This document shows, one piece after another, positions 38,879-53,877 of a DNA stretch of 64,000 nt (within the stretch, counting starts at the first letter, position 1; each line of letters begins with the position of its first letter). The DNA is taken from contig NC_092678.1 in the NCBI RefSeq assembly GCF_964355755.1, positions 7,580,422 through 7,644,421 of the forward strand, given 5' to 3'. The translations under genes were made by a program, and so were the position numbers. The stretch comes from Antedon mediterranea. Its lineage: Eukaryota > Animalia > Echinodermata. The notes under the pieces were generated by a model. That model did not search any database and was not told the origin of the DNA. It saw only the letters and a list, made by a program, of their open reading frames with translations.

Positions 38879-41800
38879 AGTAGGCTACTTTATTTTCTTT
38901 ACACTCAACCATACACACTATCTGCAATCAATGTTTCCTTGTAAAATTTTATTTCCTAGTCAAATAGTGCCCTCATATTTCCAATTCCTGGTGAAACATG
39001 TTTCAATACAAATTAATAATAATTAATAATTATAATTACAATTCTCAGTCATATTAAAAATAAAATACAATTATATATTTCCTTTTTGTCATTCATTATC
39101 ACTTTCAACAGAGTGCATCTTACTTATCTATACCTGATTTTTTAATTTTCTCGCTCAAACAATTAATCCTCATTTGATGACGTCATCACATCTAAAATAT
39201 TCACCTACATGTTTGTTTTTATAAAATGTCGGTAAAATTATCTTCTATCACAAAGTCAAAGTTTGAATTAAATTCTAGTTGTTCTTCTTTATTCTGTCAG
39301 TGTACTGATTGGGAAATGTTTTTTGGTTTAACAATGGCCGTGGTCCTATAGAATATAAAACATAAAAATTCCTCAAATTTTAATTACAATAGAATGACTT
39401 TAAATCTGTTTTTTTTTTTAAATTATGTTTAATTTTTTGTGTTAACTTTATAATCTTTTCATATAAGGTGATTGTAAAATAATTTTGTTGTTCCGGTATT
39501 AGTAGGAACACAGTCAATTTTTGTTGGAATACGCATTCAAGTTACGTTGGTATGGTGATTAAAAATAATCTGTTTTAGAGACAGAATATATAGAAATAAT
39601 ATTGTACCCTTATCTGGGCTACCACTATTTAATTTTGACGAAAGTAAAAATATTTTTTCAATGCACTTTATCTGTAGCCAAAATGGCTAAAGTCCGAATT
39701 TTTTCAAATGAATTGGTCTTTAGACAAAATTAAAAATTCATTCATGAGAGTGCCATTTCCGGGCATATTAAAAAAAAATTCATGTACATGCCAATGATGT
39801 GCAAAACTAACGTATGGAAAGTTCTCTATGAAAATGAAAAAAACAGTGTATCAACTGATATATACGAATGAAATATTATCACATGAAATCACAAACAAGC
39901 GAACGGTGTGTAAAACTCGCCAATCAAAAGTAGGTGATTGAAATATAGCCACGTCACATCGAAACCAGGCAAAAAAAAAAAACTGTTTGAAAAGTTGATG
40001 AACGAACTTACGAACAAGCGCACTGTGTGCAAAACAGGCAATGTATTATAATTGGAATTCGATGAACTATAATTCAGATGACTTGTTTGAAATGTTCATG
40101 AACTACTAGACTTGCCCCAAGTCTGTAGTTAGCTCGATGTTTGTCTGAACCTGAAACATACCGTATTAGGCTATATGAAGCGGGCCGTATGTAAATATGG
40201 ATTTCGAATCAACCAATGATAAAACGGATGTCATTTTGGTTTCAAAAAGAGTACTGATGATCGAGTCGTCGTGTAAGCAGGGAGTAATTGTTATCAACTT
40301 TTAGTAGAAACTGAAACAATTATTGTTGAAATATAAATTGTGACAGGTATTATAAAAGTGATTAGTTTTGATGCCGCAAAACGAGAGGTATGCTTTTGCT
40401 GTGTGAGTAATTTACATACTGGCTGCCTCTATGCCTAGTCGTAGACACAATCTCCAGACTATATCTACGCCTATATATAGCACAGTGCTGCACCCCTTAT
40501 GGCTTTTGATAAAATACTAATGTGTTATGATATCGATACATTGTAAGCAAGTTGGATGGCTGAAAAGGTAGTGCCTGGGTCTCGCAATGTAATGCTGTAG
40601 CGTTGGGCTAGGGTTAAAAAATCATTGTTCTTTTTTTTTTATTTTTACTCACCATCTTTTTTATTGACCATATTTCTAGAGGGATGTTTTTTTTTATGTT
40701 ACAAGGGCCAGAGGCCCAAGAAAGATCGGGTCACAATTATAGGCGTAGATATAGCAGGAATTGCATCTACAACTAGACGTAGACGTAGCCACTGCGATAT
40801 TTTTATATCAATTATTTTTTATTAAGGTCTCAAATTTTTATATCAATTGTTTTTAATTAAGGTCTCGAATTTTTATATAAATTGTTTTTTATTAAGGTCT
40901 CAGACATATGTCCTGTATAATGAACAATACAGGACAATCAGGAATAATCAATACTGTATTGGGATACTACTGTACGCTACTATATTGTGAGAGGTCAAAT
41001 ACCAACACGTCCATACTCGTAGAATGTGCAATCAGAAATAATGGAAATTGGTTCCAAAACTCTTTAAAAACGGTTTTTAGTTCAGCAGCGCTGAAATTCT
41101 TAGCTCATAAACTGAACAATCAAAGTCGTCTCAATTCAATTCAAAATTCTTTAATCATCCCACACAGGGCAATTCAAATAAAAAAGTCTGAATTAAAATG
41201 ATCTTGCAAAATATACAAAATATTACAATACACAGTACAATATAACAAGAGTCAAAGTTAAAGAATTTAAGAGGCATGAGCTCGAAATCACTGAACAAGG
41301 CATGGTTAACATTTTTTAGAATAGCTCTTAGGACCTAATGGAATTATTAGAACATTCCAATTCAATTGAAGATTCAGATTTAGGCCTATTACAGTTTAAT
41401 TATTGGCCTGTATATTTATCAATTGCAATACAGTATATTTTTTTTAAATTTTATACAAAGAATTCATTTATTTTATACATATGTTTTTCTACTGTATAAT
41501 ATTGATATCGTAATATCACAAAATAACAAAAACATGCTCTAATTTAATTTATCAATAGGCCTATATATAACACAGATCACTAAAGAACATAGATCACAAG
41601 TGCATACGTTTTTTTCAGTAAGTTGAACATAGTGTTTTTAAATGTTTAAACATCTTTGTTTATAGTTCTGATGAGAATAAATTACCTGAATTAATCACCA
41701 ATCATCTTCAGTGAAACATTTTTAATTCCTTGTTAAAAACTTTTGCATTCAAAGGACAGGAGAGATTGTTGCCAAATCAAAATTCAATACACATCGATAT

Positions 41801-44800
41801 ATTGCTTAACAATGATTCAGAATAATTATATGAAAACAAACGCTTTATAAATATTAATTACAAACATCGTTCCCGATTACCCCATTTATTAATGTCAACA
41901 TACTGTATCTAGAAGTGGATATAATTATCTAAACGCTTTATATATACTATTCATACAAGACCTTACAGAACAACTGCTACTAACTTCACTTGCCATTCTT
42001 TCACCAATAATAAAATTGGCAAAAACATTTTTTTTTATATCGGTTCATATTTTTTTCCATATTTTAAAAGTCCTCAAACTCTACTCCAACTTTGAATAAT
42101 ACATCTAAGTATATATTTATACCTGAAATCATTTATTTCCTCACTCTCAAACAATTTGCTACATGAAGATTAGTCGGTATTATATTATAACATTGACAAG
42201 GATCTTGTGCTTAAAAAAAAAACTGCCGCATTTACATGGAACTATTTAAAACTTTAGGATCATCAAATTGCTTAATAAATTTATTAACTATCAGTAAAAA
42301 TATGAATTTTAATACTTGTCTTATACAAAATTTCTGGATTTTAAGACGTACCGGAAGTTTTCTCAAACAAAATTATTAGATATAAAAGTCATTCATTTCT
42401 TTAAAATAACCAAGGTTTGCACGTGCAGTTACAAAAAAAAGAAATCTGTTTATAGATAAAATCATTTTAATGCGGAATAACCTACCAACTGAAATTAGAT
42501 ATTCCCAAACAATTTCTTTATTCAAAGTTAGATATCGATTTCCTTTTTTTTTACAAACCTAGGACGACAGCAACACAATGCAAAACAAGGTTTTCTTTAC
42601 CTGATTGTATTATCCCATATAAAGATGTTAATAAATAAATAAAAATGTTTTTATAAACACTAATTTTATTTACAGTTACATTGGTTGCCAGTAGAGAAGA
42701 GAATAATATACAATATACTATTAAAACACTACATTATATTCAAGCATAAAATAATTTAAATAAACGAATAAAATCCACAAACAGCAAATATAAGGACAGG
42801 TAATGCTTACCTTAAGTGATGAGGAGGCAAAGAGTATTTACTCGTATAGGCTGCCTCTCCTCATAGACTTTATATTTGTAAAGAGTGGCTCCTCACAGAC
42901 ATAAGAATTTCAGTAATTTTTTTTTTTTTTTTGCGAGTATTCTCAATGCACTTAGTATAAATCACAAATTTACGTCAGAGTAGGGCAAACATCTTACCTA
43001 TAAACTATGATAGTGTTAAGTAATACATTGGTGCTATCCTGTACTATTCTGTACTGGCAAGCTTCATTATACTGACCGATACAATTTAGGCCTACTATTG
43101 TTGCTACATGTGTAGCACCTGTAGTTGTACTGTGGTATTGCAACTGAGCAGAAACAAACAATAGAACAATTTCTGGCCAACCACGTGGTTGAAATTATAT
43201 GTAAATTAGGTTAAATGAATTAATGAGTAATTGAACAATTATTCAAGCATTAACTAACAATAGCTACTGCTACACTGCAGTTAAAGTAGGCCAATACCAG
43301 CATTCACAACTTTTAACCAATCTCCATGCTTTGAACAGTTCATGAACTCCGAAAAAAGTGAAGCAGGCCTTTTGATTCAATATTTCGAACTACTACAGTT
43401 AATCAGTTACAATATATGGAAACATAAATGATTATTAAGAATATATTTAATACTATCTTAATGTTTAAAGGGATGGTGGTAATAAACAGACATTTCTAAT
43501 TGTGTTTGAGGAGATCCCTGCCATCCTCAATATTTCTTTAAAAAGAAACTTTTCCAGAAGCGCCATTTTCCGGTTTATAATAATTGGTCTATGGGTTAAA
43601 GAACCTGCATAAACTAGAGAGAAAACGATCTCATAAATATCGTTATTGTAAGAATAATTAAAAAACGGTCAAACATTTGAATTGTTTTATTTTCCATTAA
43701 TTTCTTCATTAATTTATTTCTGCATTTTTAAAATCAGAATTTCTTCCTTGATTCCTTCATTTTATTCTTTTTTTTTCTTCCTTTTTGTTTCCTCTCAATT
43801 ACAATCAAATCAAATCAATCAATCTAATTTTTTTAGCGTTAACCACCTATATTATTCCATTGTTACTCTTTTCCTCAGTTATTTTCTTATATTTTCTCCT
43901 ATCCTTTATACGATTTGATCAACAACAATTCGATCACTAGTATGTTCATAAAATGTTATACTTATATATTTCTCGCATTATACACCTTTTTTCATGATTT
44001 TTTTAAAATTTATATTATAATTATATATTATATTCTTTGCACATCATGTATTGACTGAGTATTATAATTATTATAAATATTTTATTTCATGCCAAGGTAT
44101 ATGTAGACTGGGCTTAAGCCTATTCTCACTCCAAGGTTATTATTATTCATATGTGATGATAAGGACAGGCTGTGTAATATAAAAATGTATTATATTCAGT
44201 CAGAATGATAAAGTTACTAACTACTAAAAGCAGAATAATTTACAACTTTATACTATCCAGGTGTTCCTTGCACATACATGCACACCTTTAAAGACCTAGT
44301 ATATATCTAATTCTTTGCAACTATTAGGGACCAATATGTAATATGATATTGATATTTTTTGAGTGCGTCATTTTTTCAACTCCTTTTTGGTGGCCATTTT
44401 AGATTTCATTTTTGTCCTGAGGTTTCCAAAAATACCAAAATCTTACAGGCTCCATTTTTTGTAACATATTGGTCCCCAATAAACTGAATATTACAAATAT
44501 ATTTACGGGAGTACAACATCATTTTGGGCTTTATCCTATTCTCACTCATAGGTTTAGTATTCATTGGTGACCAATATTATATTATAAATAATATTATTAT
44601 AAGGACAGAGTATTATTATTTCCATTTGACAGGCTGAGTAATATGAGTATATATTATATTTATTTAAAAGCATTGACTGAACAAAATGTACCAAAGTATG
44701 TATTTGCTATTACCTTGTACCAGTATTATCATTGTCATTAAGTGTATAATAGGTTATTATTACATTGTGTTTAAAAAGAATGAAAGTTTGAAAGGATACA

Positions 44801-44869
44801 TGTTAATTGTTTTTCAAACCATGAAACAATTAATCTAAAGGTTTTAACAATATGATAAATGTTAAGCAA

Positions 44870-45897
44870 CACGATGAATGTTAAGAATCACAATGAATGA
44901 TAAGAATCATGTTGAATGATAAGAATCATGTTGAATGATAAGAATCATAATGAATGATAATCATGATGAATGTTAAGAATCATAATAAATGTTAAGAATT
45001 ATGATGAATGATAAGAATAATGAAGAATGATAAGAATCATGATGAATGATAAGAATCATGATGAATGATAAGAATCATGATGAATGTTAAGAATCATGTT
45101 GAATGATAAGAATTATGAATGATAAGAATCATGATGAATGATAAGAATCATGATGAATGTTAAGAATCATGATGAATGTTAAGAATCATGATGAATGATA
45201 AGAATTATGAATGATAAGAATCATGATGAATGATAAGAATTATGAATGATAAGAATCATGATGAATGATAAGAATCATGATGAATGATAAGAATCATGAT
45301 GAATGTTAAGAATCATGATGAATGTTAAGAATCATGATGAATGATAAGAATTATGAATGATAAGAATCATGATGAATGATAAGAATCATGATGAATGATA
45401 AGAATCATGATGAATGTTAAGAATCATGATGAATGTTAAGAAACATAATAAATGTTAAGAATCATGATGAATGATAAGAATAATGATGAATGTTAAGAAT
45501 CATGATGAATAATAAGAATTATGATAAATGATAAGAATGATGATGAATGATAAGAATTATGATAAATGATAAGAATAATGATGAATGTTAAGAATCATGA
45601 TGAATAATAAGAATTATGATAAATGATAAGAATGATGATGAATGATAAGAATCATGATGAATAATAAGAATTATGATAAATGATAAGAATAATGATGAAT
45701 GTTAAGAATCATGATGAATAATAAGAATTATGATAAATGATAAGAATGATGATGAATGATAAGAATCATGATGAATGATGTTGAATGATAAGAATCATGA
45801 TGAATGATAATCATGATGAATGTTAAGAATTATAATGAATGTTAAGAATCATGATAAATGATAAGAATTATGATAAATGATAAGAATTATGATAAAC
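44870..45897 (+). repeat. 19-bp minisatellite (ATGATGAATGATAAGAATC)n with 16-bp variants
   Basis: About 1 kb tandem array read directly from the sequence. Confidence 0.95.
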
Positions 45898-46053
45898 AAT
45901 AGTAGTGATATTATGAATACGAATCATGATTTACATTATAAATCATGTTTTGACTAATACAAGAATCAATCAATCTTATGAGCATGAGCAAATAAGACTA
46001 TATAATAATTTGTAGTACAAGAAACAAAAGAAATCACTAATTACGAAATCACA

Positions 46054-46097
46054 TCAATGTACAACTTCATAATTTTCATATTCTTGCTCACATACAC
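46054..46097 (-). CDS. Possible short terminal exon of gene A
   Basis: Good acceptor (TTTATGTTTACTTTCAG). In phase 1 it reads VCEQEYENYEVVH*. The link to upstream exons is unproven. Confidence 0.25.
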
Positions 46098-46123
46098 CTG
46101 AAAGTAAACATAAAAATATTAGT

Positions 46124-47760
46124 AACTAGAATTTAAAAAAACGCAAGTGGCCCAAATCATGCTCTAAATTGATCAAAACGTAATTTTAAGCATTTATAAT
46201 TGTTAAATATGTATTGTCCCCTGAAAAAATAATTTTTAAAATTTTTGTTGTTGAATATGCCACAATTTCACATAATAATTATCCACTTTGACCAAAGATT
46301 GAAAAAAAAAAAATTGTTTGCCTGAAAAAACCATAATTTAAAGCAAAAAATATTCAAATTGGCTGCCAGCCAATGGATTTTTGGTTGAATTTAACCATTT
46401 ATTTTGTCATTTTACAAGAGAAAACACAATTTATTTTCATTTTTTTTTCTACGGAAGTGATTAACTTCTACAAAATAACCTATTCAAAGTCTGATTTAAT
46501 TAATTGTTTATGTTTTTAGAGGACAATACATCTTTAACGCGTACGTTTTTATTTCCTAATATTTTTACCCTTGACCTGAAGTTTATGTATAGTGAATTTC
46601 ATTGAATCGCTCGCACACCTTCTAGTGGGTGTACCCGAATGGTTTTCGGAAACATGGCCAACGCCTCTGGGTGACACCTATGCATATAACTGATGAGTAA
46701 TACATGTTTATTTCTGATGTTTCATGGTGTTCCTTTATTATGTATGCAAAAATATCGCTTCCAGGGTAATATTAGTTAAATTACTAAAACGAATTGTAGT
46801 TCACATTATAAAGTAAAGGCCTTTAATCAGTATAATTGATTAGTTGATGATCTAAAACAAATAAATTGTAGTTGACGTAAAAGTAAAGGCATTCAATAAT
46901 AGTTAAATTAAAACAAATTGTAGTTCACGTAAAGTAAAGCCCTTTAATCAATATAATTAATTAGTTGAATATCTAAAACAAATAAATTGTAGTTCACAAT
47001 TCAGTTGAATCACTAAAATCACATTGTAGTTCACGTAAAAGTAAAGGCCTTCACTAATTAAATAAATAATGAATTACTAAGTAATTACCGTAGTTACTAA
47101 CTAAAAAAAAATGGTACTTAGGACGTAAAGTAAAAGCCTGTTATTTCAGGCCGGCATATGTCCTGCCACTCCCTATTTCATATAGAATTAATATCAATTA
47201 GTTATTCATTGTGCCGTGTATCCATATTTTCTGGACTTATTGACAAATAAAAATATTGAATGTCGTCACCAATGGCCATTTTGCGGTTAGTCACAGGACC
47301 CGGAAGCCAGTTGAACAGCGCGAGTGTGTGAAAATGACCCTAAAAAATGTTTGATAGGAAACGCTAAAATTTGTCGTTATAAAAGACAAAAATAGCGTAA
47401 TACTGAAAACGAATGTTATCAAATATACGTTTCGCGATACATCTGAGATAGAAGATGAAGTAGGTATCAAAGGTGGAGATTTTTCCCAAAGTTTTTCCAT
47501 TGTGCTTGCCTATGTTAGAATTAAGCATAATTTATATATAGATATGTGATGAAGAGTTATGGAGATATGATCGATAATGTGATTTCACAAAATGGCATAT
47601 AAATGACGTCACAGATAAGCGATCACGCTGAGAAGCGTATTAGGAATAAATTTAATTATTTAAAAGATATTTTTTGGCAATCGCTGACATTTAACTTTTT
47701 GAGATAATTGTTACACAAATAAGAATAAAAATGTTATACAATAAAAATAGGTGATCATCT
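46124..47760 (+). mobile_element. Deleted HINE copy (same family as 1-5248) carrying nested insertions, including a TTAA MITE at 46203-46537
   Basis: ACTAGAATTTAA head, CATGCTCTAAATTGATCAAAAC, TTGACCTGAAGTTTA, and an AATAGGTGATCAT end. 47410-47545 is an inverted relative of 22041-22200. Confidence 0.65.
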
Positions 47761-49040
47761 CTGAAAATCCTCCAAATACGTACAGTACCAAAGGTTAATC
47801 GTAAATTGAAAAATTTGTGAATCGATCGTGAATAACTTGTACTTTCTTCCCTGTATGAGCGTAAGTCGATAAATGTAAATTGCGAATTTTGCGGCTGAAA
47901 AAATAAATATGCAGTTTGGTCCCTGGATGTAACATGATATTGATGCATTTACCATGCAACAATGAGCTAAGCCACAAAAGACACCGCCAGACAACCGCGT
48001 ATCTATTGTTTAGATCGCTGGCAGTTAGTTATCATCACCATGTAGGCATACTGTAGTTTACATTATGGCATCCGATTATTTTTTTTTCTAGGCCACCCGC
48101 TGATACGTACTCAACTGTATCAAATACCTATTTACATTGATAACAGTTTTAATTATGGTTGTAGTGACCCACTCATACCCAAATGTTCCAGTAAACTCCA
48201 ACGAACCTTCGTCGTACAACAGTTGCTGACAAACATACTCACTATGCAAACAATTCGTCATCTATACACACCCCATTCGCCAAAAATATTGACCAATAGA
48301 GGAAGAATTGTTTTGACCATTATTCAATGATATATCTGACGGTATTTATTTATATTGACAGCCAAAACGAAGTCATTGTTTATTGAACAAAGGTCTTACA
48401 AACTACTGTCTACATACATATCTATATGACTCTCTTCCCTGACGTGCTTCGAGTGTGGCATGCCAAGTCCTAGTTTCCAAATACTTTTTCAGCCCCTTAG
48501 TAATCTATAAGCTTTCGCATGGTAACTGTTTCCTAATAATTCGTTCTCTTGAATTTAACTGCCTAAAACAGCGGCGCAAAAACCATACAATGATACCACA
48601 AAATATGGAGGCAGCAAAGTGCTGAATTTACATATTCATTTTCATAATCAGAATAAAATTTGTATAAAAAATAATAAATAAATAAAAACATTTTAATTAT
48701 TAACAAAACTATGATTCATACCGTCATCGGGCAACTCTGGCAATGGAGGATATGCAATGCCAGTGGACGTCGTCATATAGCTTTGAAATCCTTCATTAAT
48801 GTGTGTAGTTATTGTTGGCAAAGTAAGAATGTTCATCTCTCTGGTATTATTAATCTTTTGTTTCTTCTGCATATAAAAGAGCCTATTAAGAAAGTAAAAA
48901 GTTTTAATTTTAAAAAAAGCATTAGTATTGTGTGAAAGCATTGCTTTTATAGATGGCATGAAAGAAGGAAAGTGATCCCTTGATTGCAGCTTTGCAAAAC
49001 ATGAAATCTTCTGTGTCATGTAATAATGATCTCTTAAAAT

Positions 49041-50212
49041 TATGGCACGCCGTTTACGCAACATTTCGATGATATGAATTTTATGACGTGATATGTGAAT
49101 GAAATGCATCGATATGAATTGAATGGCGCAACCAGATCCATCTCTAATTGTAATTATATTATTCCTCGACCTTCATTAGAGATTCTTAAACAATGTTTCA
49201 GTTATAAAGCGCCTATCTATTTTAATATGATTCCTAAAATCATTCAAAAATCTGAAAATATTATTTCCTTTAAACGTGAACTTATTTAATTTATTTCTAG
49301 TTAATATTGTTCGTACTGTGAATATATATTTTTTATCTGTCAACGATTTTAAATTCTATATGAATTTATATAATCATTGTAAATTTATAGGCCTATATTA
49401 TGTCATTTGAATATTTAACATTTTATGTGTTGTACTCTATGTATGTTTTATCGAGGGCCCTGAATGATCAGTTCTATTAGGAACTGGATAGGCTACCCTC
49501 AGTAAATATGGTAATACATAAATAAATATATGAATGAAATGTTTTGAATAAAATGTTTTGAATGAAATGTTTTGAATGAAATGTTTTGAATGAAATGTTT
49601 TGAATTGAATGGTTTGAATGAAATGTTTTTAATGAAATATTTTGAATGAAATGTTTTGAATTAAATGTTTTGAACAAAATGTTTTGAATGAAATGTTTGA
49701 ATTGAATTGAAAAGTCAAACTATTGGAGGCGATGTCATTCTCGCTCGCGATTTTTTTCCCACGTTGTCATTAATATGGATCCTTTACAGAGAACCCTAAC
49801 AGACCTGAAACAGTGGAATACATATTTCCAAACCCAGGTCTGTTAGGATTCTCTGTAAAGGATCCATATTGATGACAGCGTGGAAAGAAGATGAGGGTAC
49901 CCAGGCTTAAGAGGTTGAGAACAAAATCGCAAGCGGGAATGACATACGCCTCCACATTTTATTCAAAACATTTCATTCAAAACATTCAATTCAAAACATT
50001 TCATTCAAAACATTTAATTCAAAACATTCAATTCAAAACATTTCATTCAAACATTCAATTCAAACCATTTCATTTAAAACATTTTACTTAAAACATTTCA
50101 TTCAAAACATTGCATTCATGATCGTGCCATTCAATTTATACCGATGCATTTCATTCACATATCGCGTCATAAAATTTATATCATCGAAATGTTGCGTAAA
50201 CGGCGTTCCATA
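49041..50212. mobile_element. Nearly fully palindromic TA-flanked MITE with inverted 14-bp arrays and a central hairpin
   Basis: TATGGCACGCCGTTTACGCAAC...GTTGCGTAAACGGCGTTCCATA, with (TTTTGAATGAAATG)n opposite (CATTTCATTCAAAA)n. Confidence 0.85.
49133..49527 (+). mobile_element. 3' end of a CR1/L2-group LINE inserted in the MITE
   Basis: TRSISNCNYIIPRPSLEILKQCFSYKAPIYFNMIP...SFKREL*, followed by a 3' UTR and an AATA tail. Confidence 0.7.
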
Positions 50213-51369
50213 TAAAATAGATCTGTGTCTAATTTAACTGTTTTCTTTATTAAATTTGTATTTACAAACCGCAATAACATTATTAAAATAAAACCATTGA
50301 AAAGTGTAGGCAGTTTAAGAACAGGATTATAATTCATTAGGAATGGAAACAAGAGACACAAAAATATGGCATTTAACAATGTTAAAAACTCAAAGCAAGG
50401 AAAGTTTATATACAAAGTGAACTAATATGAAAATAATATTCAAACTTTATATTTTAAATAGTTGCCAAAGACAAATTAGGTGATATGTAGCATATTTGCT
50501 GTAAAGTTGTTTAAGAATTAATTTAATACCAATTTATTTGAAATACAGTAACAGCATACAATGAATGGTGTAATAAAGCTTTAAACCAGGAATGTGTCTA
50601 TAAGAAATGTGAAAGGAAGTGCACTCCTCTTTAAAAAAAGACATTATCAAAATGAAGCAAATATTCTAGAAAAAGAACCTGCAAAATAACTTTTCATTTA
50701 AGTAAATTATAATTAAAATATAACCAGGTGCAACCCAAGCATTGACAAAATAAACCTGCATAAGTATATCTATTTGAAGGTGAGCTACCATTATAGAATT
50801 AGAAAGATGCATGTTACCACAGGTCTATAAGCAAGCTTTTGCATCAACAACAGATGTTTGAGAATCAATCAGTGCATATGCCCTAGCCAATAACAGGTTT
50901 GACAAATTTATCGTTTGTGCTGTAGAAAAAAGATAGTGACTTGAAATGAAACATAATAAACAAGAAATACAGTATACATATTTATCATGATTAAAATTAT
51001 ATTCTATAATTGCAGATAAAGCATATCCATGGAGTATTGGCATATTTGACACTTTCAGGAGTAAAGTGTGATGAAATCATCTAGACCAAGGCCTACCACC
51101 AGGACACTAATCCATAACTCATTCTCACATTGCGAAGTGTGAAATATGATATATGTTGTATTCACTGAACCACTTAAAAAAATTAGTACATTTGTATTGA
51201 AAGTGTATTTCTGTTTAAAGAAAGAATAAATCCTTTGGTACCAAAAATGTCATCGGTAAGATGAATGCTTTTAAAGATTGCATAATTTAATAAAAAAAAC
51301 CTGGTTAACAGGGTATGCTCACAAAACAGAGAGTAAATGAGGCATTTATATGTATAAGTTTTAAAAAAC

Positions 51370-51451
51370 CTGAAATAAGCTGAAGACGTCATTAATATGA
51401 TGATACCAAATATTACTAATAGTGTTATCAGGTAAACAGGAACAGAATTAC
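51370..51451 (-). CDS. Gene A putative transmembrane exon
   Basis: Strong acceptor (TTTTTTATTTACCTTTAG), in frame after the HYR exon; SNSVPVYLITLLVIFGIIILMTSSAYFR. The donor position is uncertain. Confidence 0.55.
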
Positions 51452-51760
51452 CTAAAGGTAAATAAAAAAATATTAAACAAAAAACCTTTAAATTTCCATT
51501 TTCTGACAAATTTCTTATAATAATAAAAACATAATATTATTAACATTTTTGAGGGGAAATAACTACTCTCAAAATCAAAATAAAGGAAACTTCATTTTAG
51601 AAACATTTGTTATTTAAAAAAAGAAAATATGGTAATACATCTACAAAAAGTACCAAACAACACCCTACTACTAAATACTAAACCAACAAATCACTACAGG
51701 CACTTTCTTTTAAAAATTTGTTTAAAATGTTTAAATTAGTAAAATAAACTTATGACTTAC

Positions 51761-52000
51761 TACTAACAATGCGCACAGTAAATGTGCAGCTTTCTGTATT
51801 ACCAGAAGTATCTGTAGCAATACATGTGACTTTAGTTGAACCAATATTAAAAGATGAACCAGAAGGTGGGGTACAAGTAGCTGTCAAACCAGTATCAACA
51901 TTGTCAGTGACTGAGGGGTCATCCCAGGTCACTGTAGCTTGGTCAGTGCTTGAATTTTCTTCAGTGTTTTCTGGACAGGTAACAACAGGAGAACCAATAT
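51761..52000 (-). CDS. Gene A exon: HYR domain
   Basis: 240 nt, phase 1-1; DIGSPVVTCPEN...VTWDDPSVTDNVD...CTPPSGSSFNIGSTKVTCIATDTSGNTESCTFTV. Confidence 0.92.
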
Positions 52001-52703
52001 CTACAAGAAATACATTAGTTTAAAATAAACGGTGCTCATATTACTTTAGCTTATAGCTAGGGTTGCCACTCCACAGTAGTTATACGATGTTAGTGCAGTA
52101 GGTCTACCCTTTGCAGATTCATTTTTTTCGAAAGTTTTCCCAATATACATACAGTACAGTTGTAAGTACATTTTACCAAAACATATATCCCGATAAGCCA
52201 ACAGAAGGCCAATAGTGTTATTATTATATAAAGGTATTGTAATGATTTTGGGGTAGAAGGAATAGATAGAGGGCGGCAGATGGAGGCAGAGTAGGCAGAA
52301 GTTGTAGCAGAGAACGGACGTGAGAAAAAAGGGCAGAGAGGGATTGGAGAAGGAAGGCAATGGTGACCTCGAGCTGCATTAAAAAGGAGAGAGAGATTGG
52401 AGCTGGAAAAGCGGAGAACCAGGGAGAAGACGTGTTAAATAAGTAAAGATATCAGAGAAATTGGAAAACAAAGTGTAGAGAAGATTAGAGAAAAGAAAGA
52501 GAAAATTAGAGTTGAATAATAAAAGGAGAGTTTAGACACAGTAAGTAAAGTTAGCCGGAGGGTACAGCCTATCGGTCGAGTTACTATTTGAGACATAGTG
52601 AGCCGGAGGTTGCACCTACTGGTTGTATCAGTATTTGAGACATACAGTAGTGAGCCGAAGGTTGCACCTACTGGTTGTATCACTATTTGAGACATAGTTG
52701 AGC

Positions 52704-53305
52704 CGGAGGTTACACCATTGTTGGTGATGTACGTTGCTGTTGGAGGTTACGCCATTGTTGGTTATGTTGCTGTTGGAGGTTACACCATTGTTGGTGGTTA
52801 CGTTGCTGTTGGAGGTTACACCATTGTTGGTGGTTACGTTGCTGTTGGAGGTTACACCATTGTTGGTGGTTACGTTGCTGTTGGAGGTTACGCCATTGTT
52901 GGTGTACGTTGTTGTTGGAGGTTACACCGTTGTTGGTGGTTACATTGCTGTTGGAGGTTACACCATTGTTGGTGGTTACGTTGCTGTTGGAGGTTACACC
53001 GTTGTTGGTGGTGTACGTTGCTGTTGGAGGTTACACCATTGTGTTGGTGTACGTTGCTGTTGGAGGTTACACCATTGTTGGTGGTTACGTTGCTGTTGGA
53101 GGTTACACCGTTGTTGGTGGTGTACGTTGCTGTTGGAGGTTACGTCATTGTTGGTGTACGTTGCTGTCGGAGGTTACGCCATTGTTGGTCGTTACGTTGC
53201 TGTTGGAGGTTACACCATTGTTGGTGGTTACGTTGCTGTTAGGGGTTACGCCGTTGTTGGTGGTTACGCTACTATTGGAGGTTACATCATTACTGGTGGT
53301 TACGC
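52704..53305 (+). repeat. 36-bp minisatellite (GGAGGTTACACCATTGTTGGTGGTTACGTTGCTGTT)n
   Basis: Tandem units built from 9-mers, preceded by ~50-bp repeats (52550-52710) and a purine-rich tract. Confidence 0.92.
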
Positions 53306-53640
53306 TTTTGTTTCAAGTCCGGCGTAAGATCAAAACTAATATAATTAATTATTTTATTCGGTTGTCACTTATATTTGGAATCATAGAAAGAATAAAGGAG
53401 ACCATTCCAGAAATTGTAATTGATTTGTTTGTTTCATTCGAGTGTACCGTGGTACCGCAGACCCTTCCCCAAAGGGAACGAACCCGAGAACAGATTTTCG
53501 TTACAGTATCTAAAAACTACGTTTGTGTACGGTCCGTATAATATTTTATACTTCCATGAATTATGATACCTAAATGCAAGTATTTATTTTTTGTAATTTC
53601 ACTTATTTTACAGTGTGTTAAGATATAAAACACAAAATAC

Positions 53641-53877
53641 CATTGATATTAACTGTAAATCTACATCTCCCTGTATAGCCATCAGAATCCATAGCAGAAC
53701 AAGTAACATTAGTTGAACCAGCATCAAATGGTGAACCAGAAGGTGGAGTACAAGTAGCTGACAGACCAGTATCAACATTGTCAGTAACAGAGGTGTCATT
53801 CCAGTTCACTGTATGTTGGTCAGTTGCTGAATTTTCATTTATGTTTTCTGGGCAGGTCACAATAGGAGAACCAATAT
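53641..53877 (-). CDS. Gene A exon: HYR domain
   Basis: 237 nt, phase 1-1; DIGSPIVTCPEN...CTPPSGSPFDAGSTNVTCSAMDSDG. Confidence 0.92.

Noticed and set aside
50600-51060. Additional small cytoplasmic exons of gene A
   Set aside because: Several AG acceptors exist, but none gives a convincing in-frame exon.
52718-53541. Long VAVGGY / LLLEVTP ORFs, or a mucin-like NSNVTTNNGVTS exon on the minus strand
   Set aside because: 36-bp minisatellite with recurrent frame-breaking indels; no convincing splice sites.
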